A DNA stretch of 64,000 nucleotides, from assembly GCA_002269645.1 (NCBI GenBank), contig NIVC01002157.1, positions 1-64,000 of the forward strand, given 5' to 3'. The number at the start of each line of letters is the position of its first letter. The stretch's first letter is position 1. This DNA comes from Macrostomum lignano. Lineage: Eukaryota. A model generated the notes under the pieces. It was given only the letters and a program-made list of their open reading frames with translations. It made no database searches and was not told where the DNA came from. A program made the position numbers and the translations under genes. Of the stretch, positions 10,634 through 21,507 are shown one piece after another.

Positions 10634-12019
10634 GTCTGTCTGTCTGCCTACCTTAGTGTCTGTCTGTCTGTCCGTCTATCCACCTTTCGTATCTATTTAA
10701 AAATTTTTAAAATCAACACAGCCCCTAAGTTACTCACCTGAGTCACGGCCTGCTCGTGTCCGCTAATAACCCGGCTAACCTGTCCAACAATGGTGTCCCA
10801 CAGTATCACAGTGCAATCCTTAGACGCCGATGCCAATAATCTGCACTCAGAATCCAGATGCAGCGGTCGCCAGGCCAAGCTGGTCACCCACTGCGTGTGC
10901 CGAGCCAGCGGCCGGCCAATCTGCTTGCCAGTGTCCGGGCACCACAGGCAAATCTGGCCGCGCTTGCAGGCGCTGGCCAGGCGCCGGCCGTCTGGCGACC
11001 AGGCAATGCACAGCACCCAGTGCTTGTGTCCCCGACACTCGTGCAAAGGCGTCTCGGTTGACAAGTCCCAGAATCTGACGGCGGCGTCACCGGATCCGCT
11101 GGCCAAATTCCGGCTGTCAGGCGAGAATGCGGCCGATAGGACGGCCTCCGAGTGGCCGGGCAGGCTGGAAGTGCAGCGAGTCACCGGGCGGACACGAAAC
11201 AGCGCCTGCGGTTGGTAGACTATGCGGAGCAGGCGCTCGTTGACTCGGCCGCAGTCGACAGCGCCAGCTAGACTGGTGGCCACTTCCGCTTCGTCTACGA
11301 AAAATCTGAGGTAGGGAATATGTAGGGCGCAGTTAGTCGCAGGGTCATATTTAATTTAGGTTATTAATAAGCTTTTATATCCGGCTAAATTTATTTTAGC
11401 GCCGCTGAGCACTTACTTTGGAGCCGCAGGCACTCATTTTGGCACCAAAGGCTCTCATTTTTGGCGCCATAGGCACTCATTTTGGTGCCACAAGTACTCA
11501 TCTTAGCGCCGCAGGCACTCATTTTGGCGCCATAGGCACTAAATTTGGTGTGATAGACACTCAATGTGGCGCCACAAGCACTCATTTTGGCACTAAAGGC
11601 ACTCCTTCTGGCGCCACAGGCACTCATTTTGGCACCAATGGCACTCATTTTGGCGCCACAGGCACTCATTTTGGCACCCTGAAGCAAAAATTCTTGGTTT
11701 TCATTAAGCTGCGCATATTGTAGAGTTATTTTGATCACCGGGGGCGAATAATTTCCCAAAGAATTGACAAGCCCCCCCTTACTAACTCCCTAACGCATTA
11801 CCTAGCAAAGCATACTACTCACTTATAAATAACTTGATCATCATAATCCCCGCTCTGGACTATCAATTGAGCATCGAGTGTCGCCTTTAGATCTGCTACT
11901 GTAGATCCCAGCAGAGCCTGCAGGGGCGGCCCAGCTTCCTCGCCAGTCTCGCTGACAAACTGCACAAGCACGGCGCGATCTTCTCCATTGTCGTCATTGT
12001 CATCAGCTGTGCTGGACAT
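9353..12019 (-). CDS. NLE1: Notchless homolog 1 (NLE1/Rsa4), NLE domain plus WD40 repeats, 60S biogenesis factor; 492 aa
   Basis: Exons 12019-11823, 11305-10738, 10462-10215 and 9818-9353, all GT-AG with phases 2,0,2; 1479 nt in frame. Motifs VLVQFVSETG, IVYQPQALFRVRPVTRCTSSLPGHSEAV, LVSGSDDFTL and GHADEVYAVDWSPDG. Confidence 0.96.
9874..10130. repeat. 22-bp minisatellite in NLE1 intron 3
   Basis: About 11 copies of GAGATCGGGAGCATTATCCAAT. Confidence 0.95.
10598..10680. repeat. (TGTC)n microsatellite with CTTAGTGTC motif in NLE1 intron 2
   Basis: CTTAGTGTCTGTCTGTCTG twice; the same motif family occurs at 33810-33920 and 44000-45945. Confidence 0.8.
11417..11675. repeat. 21-bp minisatellite in NLE1 intron 1
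   Basis: About 12 copies of GGCACTCATTTTGGCGCCACA. The ORFs across it are repeat artefacts. Confidence 0.9.
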
Positions 12020-15000
12020 TGTTGTTGCAAACAGGTTAAATTTTAGGTGCTAGAAGAAATAGCAGATAGGATCTGAAATAAAAAAAAAATTGCTTTTAAT
12101 AATTGAAAGTTTTTATATTGAAAAACATTAATTTTTAGAGTAAGAAAAAGTGGCTAAGTAATGTTTTGGCTTTAGAAAATGTGAAGCAGATACAGTCAGC
12201 TACAAGAGGTTCTGGACATTGAAACTAGGCAAGTTGAAGCTTCAGACCATTCAACACTAACACTGGCATATGTAGAAGCTGTGTATACAATGGGTGCCTC
12301 ATTTTCTCACTCACTTCAATGGAGGCACTAGTCGTGGTGTGCTAGACATAGGTGATGTTTTCATGGGTAACAAAACAGATCTATTAGCTTGATCTAGAAA
12401 CTAAATGCTAATCAACTGTCTGCTGCTTCAATGGCAAGTTTTCACCAATGAAATTGTAGATGGAGTGCTAACAGGCTTTTGACAACTTTTTTTCTCAAAA
12501 ACTGATTAAATTGCAAGTGGTATTGTAAAACCAATAACTATGAGCACAATAGTATACTAGCTTCTGTCCCCCTAAGGTGATTATAATAAAAGTATAAAAT
12601 ATAACTGCTGCAATACCTGCCTGCACTATGACAATACCAATATATACACTATTAAAAACTATTGATTTCTTTGCTAGCAGCAATATCAAGACTATTATTC
12701 ATCCTGGTTACTTGGGAGACCTGGGTCTGGAATATCTTTCCTGTCTTGAAGGTAAAAGAGCAACTATTAGATAATTGAATTTTGATTCTATAAGTCACTA
12801 TCATAGATCATATAAACATGCTAATGGACTTATAAAATTTGATTTGTTTTAATTTGTTAAAAACTGTGAATTTGTTTTGCTAAACATTACCTAATAAAAT
12901 TCTACCTGATTTTTCTATAAAAGTAGCCATACCTATACCATAGCTATCTAAAATAAACAGTAACTTTTTGAGCCTTTTGAGAAATTCAATCTTTAGGACC
13001 CTAGTCTTTTAAGTTTGTGTATGACCAAGGCATAAAGCCTAAGAAAGATTACAGTGCATAAAAAAGCACAAGATAGGAGAAGTCTTAAAGGCTTGGAATT
13101 GGGAAATTGAAGTTATAAAGGCTTAAAATAGGGCAATAGAAGCCATAAAGGATTATAATAGGTGTAAGAAATTAGGCAAATACTGTTAGGCATAAGGAAA
13201 TAAGAATACAAAAACTTATAATAAAGGTATTGATAAGATAGAGGCTTATTGCTAGACACCCTTGATCCTAGAAAAAGCCATTACTTTTAGGATACACTAG
13301 TGCTTTAAGCCTTCCTAAAGGCATTTAAATTTGAAAATTCAAACATTAAAAGCATGAAAAAAGTTTTTTAATTTTTGACCTAATTCCAAATTGATTTTTG
13401 CATTTTTCAAAATTTTATATATATTTGATTACTCACCACTGAAAAGTTGCCACTCTATGCACTAGTGAGCAATGTCTCTTGTATTATTCTAAAGTAAAAG
13501 ATACAAAAAAACTGATTGGGTGGCTTTAATCCATCTAACAAAACCCTTACACATTGCATCCTCCCACTTTATTCCTTAACTCGAAAGCTTACCGCAGTGT
13601 AGCAAGTGTTGTCATTGCAAAGATAGAGAGACTACTTTCAAAAGAGACAGATGGAATATTCTATGATAGCAAATTTTTGATGTTGCTAAATATATATAAG
13701 AACACTATGACACTAAGCCCTCAATGATAAGTATTCAAATTAAAAGTTCTAATATTGAAGGCATTAAAAACTTGTTTTCAAATATTTGACGCACTTACAA
13801 TTGGTATAAATTTGATATACAAATTTTCCAAATGATTTTGAAATAATTAGGCCTATTAGCTATTGCCTCTACGGGCTCTACCTACAACTGCACTACCCAG
13901 TATTGTGTATTCATAAAATAAGACAAACAAGATCAGAGAATTTTAGGGGGTTGATAAATTGTAGGCTACCTTTTTACCCCCCCCCTTATATACACCCACA
14001 CTTTTATTAATTGTCTATTAGACTGATTATTAAACAATAATAAAATTAAACCAACCCTACCATTTGTAAGCCTATTACGCTACACAAAGGGTCATAAAAC
14101 TCCTTTAGCTTTATTCCTAATATAAATCCTACATTAGGGCCTATACATTGGCTAAGGTCAGAGAAGCCTAAATGGTTGCACTGAACAATTAAATTTAAAA
14201 ACAATGCACCCATAAAAAGCATTGAAAATCATTTTTTTATTTGATCTACTTTCTATTCAAAGCTATTTCCTATTTAATGTGCTATTTCTTTGATAGACTA
14301 ATAGACAAATAGCGCAAAATTATTATATAGATCTATTGGCATATTTGGTCTGCTTGAATCCTAAAAAAGTTGTATTTAGCAATGCAAAGGCATCTAAAAA
14401 AGTAGTATAAAATGCACTTTGAAAAAAAGGTGCAAGTAATATTTTAGTTTCTATAATAAAAGGTAGGCCTAGCTAGAACATTTTAAAGGAAAAGGTAAGC
14501 AGTTGAGAGGTGATGGGAATATTTAAACAAATAAATAATAATAGTAATTAAACTTGTTAATCCTTTTATAGAATTTAGACAGATCAACTAGAACTTTATA
14601 TTAATATATAATTGCAAGTTTTTATAAATAAGAAAAAGACATAACACTTTTTTTGTTATAATGTGCATATAGAATATCAAACATAAGAATGGAACAAGTT
14701 TTTTATTGTTGCAAAACGCAATGCAAAAGTAAACTTAGTAAAGTTGTATATTTTGAAATTTTGGTATATTTGACCTAAACAAAGTCACATTTCTAATTTT
14801 TGGTATACTTGGCATATAAACTATGGGCTCATGACAGGGCTCTAGTTACAATTAGGCCCTGCCCCAACCTTTGATTTTTTATTTTAAACATTAAAAATAC
14901 TTGAGCTGATGAATAAGCAATGAGGACCATATTACTAGCTTAGTTTTTTAAAAGATAAATTAGGAGTTGTAGGGATTCTAGTTTTGTGCAACAATTAATT

Positions 15001-16382
15001 AATTGCATATTTTAGCTAGAAGATTAGGAGGATCATTAAATTTAAAAGTAATAATAGGCCTATGCCAATGGAAATGCAAGCAATACTTATTATTATCACA
15101 GTTGCTAGGCCTAATAATAAATGAATAGACCAACTTGAAATACTTTTAAATAATTCGTCTTCCATTCAATACTGACAATAGGCATAGCCAAAATGGCATA
15201 GTAGGTAAAAATAAGGTAAGTAGGGTAAGTAGGTGACTGTAGGTCTACTGGAAAATTTTCAATTCATGCCAACCAATACTTAAACTTGAAGTGTAGACAA
15301 AACTTCTATATTAACATCACGTGTTACTAGGCCTACGCACTAAACTTTCCTTTACTCTTCTTGCTTCTTGAGTGATTGCAAAATACTTAACAATAAATTT
15401 ATCTCAAATGCATCAATGAATTAACATTGCTAGGTTGATTAATTGTAATTAATTAATTGTAATAGGTCCTAGTCACATCTTATAGGCCCACCATATGGCC
15501 CGCTTTAATTTAGTTATCAAGTTTTAATTTTTTCTTAGAAAACTTTTACACAAAAACAAATTACAATATGCAACAGACAACAGGAATGTATTGTGTTCCG
15601 GCCTTTTGCTTGTTAAATATGTGAATGAGATTCATATGCATAATATTTGAGGTAGCTATAAAATGTAAATTCGGAACAATCAGTGCTCATCATCACTCGT
15701 CGGTCAGCAGCAGCATGTAGAAGTGTAGAACTTGTTGTATGATGTTGTATTGTCGTTTAGCATAGCCAATTAGCCATAAGGGCTGAGGGTTTAAATAAAT
15801 TATCGAAGCTTTAAATTAAAAAAACTAGGCCACTATGAGTTACTATAGTTAATTAGGCCTAGGGCTACTGTAACTTTCTAAAGTTCTTAATGTTCTTAAC
15901 CTTCAAAATAAAGTAAAGCACTATTTCGAACTATAAAATGGTTGTAGGCCTATAGTACAGAGTCACAGACGCAGAAGTAGCAAGTAGGCTAGGGGCTACA
16001 CTAGTGCAGTGCCTAAGTCAACTTAGTTTAATTAATCATTATGTTTACTTTAGTGACAATCAATCTGGTGACTGTCATTTTAAGCCTAGGGCCTAGTGCT
16101 AATGTGGTGCAATATGAGTATGTGTAGGCCTATTATTATTTTGTTTTTATTTACACTAGATAGGCAGTATCCAATTAATCAGGCAATAAAAGGATATAGC
16201 AATATATGATCTAGTGCATACATGCCCAACCTAAAAATTTCACCCATCCGATGCAACTTAGTTTTGTCCAGATTTGTGACTTACCTATATATCACCACAC
16301 TGAAAGACTGGGAGAGGGGGTAAGTTTCTGGATGTGCCCAGACTGTCCAGACAGAAAGTTATTGAGAATAAAACAGTTTAGT

Positions 16383-17644
16383 TATGAGGGCTAAGCAATA
16401 AGTTTTTAGATATGCATTGTTGAGAGGCAGCTGACAAAATCTGACACCATAGGTATCAAGTGCATTAGGCCCTATATAAGTAAAATGTTTGTAAAGTTTC
16501 AGACACACTGGTCATATATATTCAGTGTAGCACCCAAACCAAGCTAGTATACCCACCGTATCTATCAAATTCACAATGGAGCTCAATATAAGTCATTTTA
16601 GAGCAATGATTTATTACTATTTTAAAAGTGGTTTGCAGCAGCAAGAAAGTCTTAAGCACTTGCAAGGAGCTTTTGGGTATGAAGCACCATCTAGATCCAC
16701 CATTTTTGACTAGTTTGTCAAATTTCAATGTGGTAGATAGAGTCTGGATAATAAAGAGCATAGCGGCTGGCCTGTCTCCTCAATGACCAAGGATAGGCCT
16801 AATATTGCTGCTATCTGGGCCATGGTTGAGGATAGGCCTAATGTCCAAGTGACTATGGTCCAGATAGAAGCAGAAGTGGGCATCTTATCAGAATCTATCA
16901 GGACAATCCTGCATTCACAGCCCAACCTAAGCAAGATTTCTGCATGCTAGGTGCCTTATCAACAGACTCTGAAGCAAAAAGAGGCTCAGGTGACCTAGTG
17001 CCACACCATGCTCGACAGATTCAATGGAGGTAGCTCAAACTCAGTCTGGGATATTGTCAATGGTGACAAGTTCTAGATCTATAGTTTTGACCCAGTGACT
17101 AAGCAGCAGTTGGCCTAGTTGGTTGGCCAGTTGGTGGCACCCCACCATCTAAGCTTCAGCAAGAGCGCAGCATGGCAAAGCAGATGATGGCCATTTTTGT
17201 GGTAAAAACTGGTTATCTGGCCACAGTTCCACTCGTGCAGCAATGCAAAGTCACTAGTAACTAGTACACTAACGTTTGCTTACTAGAAGTGCTAAGTGCT
17301 CTTTCCAGGCATTGCCCAAGGACTCAAGCTTGGGGCATCCTTCTCCATTATAACAATGCCCTAGCCTACAAGGCTCAACTGATGGTAGAGTTCCTGGCCA
17401 GAGAGTGCATTCAAGAGCTTGGTCATCCACCCTACAGCCCTGACCTGGCCCTTTGCAACTTTTTTGTGTTTCTACAAATCAAGCGCAAGATGTGTAGGAT
17501 CCACTATAAAAAGCTGCAGTGGAGGCTTTTATCTGGCATGTGGAAGAGGTGCCTGCTTATAATTGGTCCAGCTGCTTCAGTATATGGTTTGAATGCATGA
17601 AAATTTGCATCAAATCTGCTGAAGAATACTTTGAAAAGATGTAA
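16383..17644 (+). mobile_element. Mariner (Tc1/mariner DD34D-type) transposon relic; transposase pseudogene at 16576-17644
   Basis: MELNISHFRAMIYY..FGYEAPSRSTIFD*F; KISAC*VP (WVP motif); VWDIVNGDKF*IYSFDP (GDESWIY); ILLHYNNALAYK (HHDNAPAH); HPPYSPDLALCNFF (YSPDLAPxD); terminal EYFEK-like end. TIR-like left end TATGAGGGCTAAGCAATAAGTT at about 16383; no right TIR found. Confidence 0.92.
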
Positions 17645-17867
17645 CTGTGCATGCAAGAGCAAAAACGATGCTATTTACAGGGCATTACAATAGATAAAGA
17701 ATGTGTGATGACAGGAAGTTGAGTTAGACTTACAAGTTTGCTAAAACCATGGGCAAAAAAACAATTTCTTTCAATACCATTGTGCTGCACACAAATTGGA
17801 GCCTTCTATATATTATGCCTTCTAAAATTTGCCATTTATACAATGCCTAGATGACAGCCAAAAAATC

Positions 17868-18090
17868 TCCCAATTGCAACTTAGTTCTTCCCAATTGCAA
17901 TTTAGTTCCTCCCAATTGCAACTTAGTTCTTCCTGATTATGACTTAGTTCCTCTTGATTGCAACTTAGTTCCTCCTGATTGCAACTTAGTTCCTCCAAAT
18001 TGCAACTTAGTTCCTCCGAATTGCGACTTAGTTCCTCCCAATTGCAACTTATTTCCTCTTGATTGCAACTTAGTTCTCCTGATTGCAACA
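17868..18090. repeat. 21-bp minisatellite
   Basis: About 10 copies of TTGCAACTTAGTTCCTCCCAA. Confidence 0.9.
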
Positions 18091-18759
18091 TAATTTTCAC
18101 TTTATATATGACTTTTCTTGCCTTTTTCTTTTTTCTTTTCTTTCTTTTTCTCTTTTCTTTCCCCTCTCTTCTCCCTCCTTTCTTTTCCTTTTCTCTTCCT
18201 CTTTTCTTCTCCCAATTTTTTTGTTTTTGTATTTTTAATTTTGCGACTTACCTTGACTAGCAGCCATTTTACCCATCTAGTTTGGATAGGTTGGACAGGT
18301 GTTAGGCATGTATGATCCAGTGACAATCAATTTAGCAATAGTCAATCTAGCAATAAGATATAATACAAGGTAAATAAGCTATTAAATTAACAATTTAGGC
18401 TTAGTATTTATACAGATTATTAAGGCTATACTAGGCCTTGTTATTATGTTTATTGATATTAAATTTTGCAAGTGTTTATCTACTATGCAGAATTTGTTAA
18501 ATAATAAAAGTCGCAACTATATTGCATTCTCCTTTGTATTTTTAGTATAGCAAATACATGAAAATTGCAATGCAATTACTATTTTTTGGTTCTTTGATTC
18601 TCAAATATTGTTAAAAGTAAAAAGAATCTTAATGATTAGGGCCTAATTGCCTTAAAGCTTTATATTTGTATAGTTTATATACAACAACAAATATAAATAA
18701 CTAAAATAGGTCTAATTTATAAGTAATATACATGTCGTAGGGGTTTGCTTCCCTCTTTT

Positions 18760-19430
18760 AGCTATTCCACTAATGCCACCAAGTTGTAATAGGCTAAAGC
18801 TTCTCTCTATTAAAAAATCCTACTAAGGTCACCAAAGTTGTAACAGGGCTTAACTTCTATTTTTATAAATGTTGGTAGCTGCCACAAAGACTATTCTATT
18901 AATAAATTATAAGTTTATTATTTTTATAATAAGTCTGAGAAATGTTTCTTATAATTAGTCTAAGTATATATCTGAGTAGTTGTCTAAGTATTATTCTTAG
19001 TATTATTCTTGGTATACAAGTTGTGTTCTACTGTTATTATGATAGCATTCTACTATTATTCTGGCCTGAGCAGTGTATTGGTTTATTGGTAGATATTCTG
19101 CATGTACATTTTGAATTGCATGTACTTTTAGTCCTGGATTTTACAGAGATCAGAGGGTCACAGCCTCTAGTTATTCTTGCATGTATCAATTTAGGATCTA
19201 CTTCATATTCTCCTACTACTTAACATTTCTGCCTCTCAGTAGTAGTATATTCAGTATATGCTTTAGTCTATTTCACTTTGCTTTGCAAATAATTAACTTG
19301 GAAAACAATCTTCAATAACATTTACTTGGTACTCTTACTATTTGATACTGGCCTACTTTCTTAAGGAACCGCAATGCGCAAGGTAGGTCTCTCCTTTGCC
19401 AAAAATGCTTCTATTTATACTAAATTTAAT
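18760..19430 (-). mobile_element. Inverted paralog of the 880-1560 LTR-like repeat
   Basis: Contains GATCAGAGGGTCACAGCCTC, TATTCTGGCCTGAG, GTTGGTAGCTGCCAC and CTATTTATAC, colinear with 880-1560 in reverse. Confidence 0.6.
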
Positions 19431-20848
19431 GCTAGTTTAAACAAAAATTAATTTGCATAAAATATTATGAACATACATGCGCAACCCCCCTGATTTACAC
19501 TGGCCATGCGACTTACTTTTTAACAAAAAATGCGACTTACCTGCAAAAGAAACCTTAACGCAATTTTGGGTAAACGGCAGGAGTAACTATGACTGTCTTA
19601 TTAGGCTAAATGCCTCGTCATCTAATTAGTACTCCATCTGTATTCTTCAGGCTGGGCAGTTTTGCGACTTACCCCTGTTCCACCACAATTTACGGTGGCC
19701 AGATCGGCCAGGTCGGCCAGCAGTTGCGCATGTATGCTTATGAAAAATATGTGTATTATAACAAATGTGTTTTCTTAGATTTGGCACGCATGCAAAATGA
19801 GTTATACAATTATCAATTTTGTCCCACAATGTTGAAAAATAAGTTCCCTAATAGTTCATAGCCACTGATAAAGATCATAAACTTGCTTTAATTGAAAAGA
19901 TAAACATTTCATATAATTTGGTTAGCCTAGGTGTATTTAATATGATGGGTCCACACTTTTATGTAATATCTAGCTTTATAGCTAAAACAACCTAAATGTT
20001 AATCAGGGCTTAATACAAATATTTAACTAGTTAGGCTATCTCATTGTATATTAACCAATGATAGCTAGAAATGAAAATTGCATATATTATTTACTTCATG
20101 TGCATTTACTGCATGTCATAGCATTATCAATTCTTATAGTATACATAAAGGAAACAACATTTTTTTTCTTAATCAGATTTACAAAGTATTAATAACACCT
20201 AATTTTACTAATATTCTTAAATATTAGTAAATAATGTCCAATATCCAAATATCCAATTATCTTTTTGAAAGACTTTATCTTAAAAGTTTTTATTTACTTT
20301 TTCAATTCTTTTGCTAATTTATAATCATAGAATAGAACAGCTATAACTACTAAGCTAATCAATAATATTTTATTCTATTTCATTTTTTATAGATAATATT
20401 TAGTAATCCTAGGCTTAATTATGTATATTTGTCCTATTTCATTAAAATCTATCTAGGCAATATTATAGTTATATTATATAGAAAATTAGCAATGACTATC
20501 TAAATTTAAATTAACAACAAAATTTTGGAATCAATTATAACTTCACTTTAACTTTAATTATAACTTTAACTTGTTCATTTGCCAACAAACAAAAAAACTA
20601 AAAATCACTATGTATCAACTAAAAAGTAAAGTCACATAGTAAAGATCAAATAAAACATATTAAAACAAAAAAACAGCTATTTAAAATTTTAATATCAAGC
20701 TTCTTATATATGCCATGGCCAATATGGCAATATAATACTATAGACAATATAATAATAGTATATTTGGCAATTATATGCCCACCTAAGTTAGACAAAAAAT
20801 TTCTATACCTAGCCTATTTTAAGGCTTAAGATAGGCCTATCTGGCTTC

Positions 20849-21028
20849 AAGTGGCGCAATCAAGGGGAGGGGTGGCAGTTGCCCCTCTTAGGCAAACACC
20901 AAAAAAAAATCGAAGGGGAGACAAAGCAAATTTTTGCCTAAAACAGAGCCACTTCTCCACCTCCCTTCCCAGGTCTTTATCCTTTAGAATCTACCCTCCT
21001 CCTTAAAAAATTTCTGGTTGCACTACTA
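20849..21028. mobile_element. 180-bp hAT-type MITE with 8-bp TSD
   Basis: TSD CTGGCTTC at 20841-20848 and 21029-21036. Imperfect TIRs AAGTGGCGCAATCAAG and CTGGTTGCACTACTA. Confidence 0.75.
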
Positions 21029-21507
21029 CTGGCTTCTAGTCAATCTAGAGACAAGACAATCTAGCATTAGAAAACCCGGCAAGAGTCAGATTGGCAACAG
21101 ATGATCTGGCAATAGATTTTTTGTAGATTTTATAGATTTTAGGACTGTATCTAATGTTTTCTACATGTATATAACATTTCTATTCTAATCTAAGATATGT
21201 CAATCCTAAACTCCTAATGTAAGTTACTATAATAAACAAATTTTATCTTCTAAGCTAAAATTTTCTAGCTATTTATTATATAATACAAATATGTATGTAC
21301 AGGGCCCCTCCCGATTCTTTTACAAAATTTAAGCAATAATCTCTTGAATACACCTGCCATTCCATTGCTGCTGTCGTCTTAATTCTTTTGACAAGGTGTT
21401 GAAAAAATTGGTTTTAAAGAAAAAACCAATTGAATAAAAAACAATCGTTTAAATTAATACAAAGTTTTTTATCCAATCAGTGCCATAAAAGCTGCCCCCA
21501 ACGACAC

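Noticed and set aside
12180-12500. Second transposase relic in the CpG desert
   Set aside because: It looks formerly coding, but no motif could be assigned.
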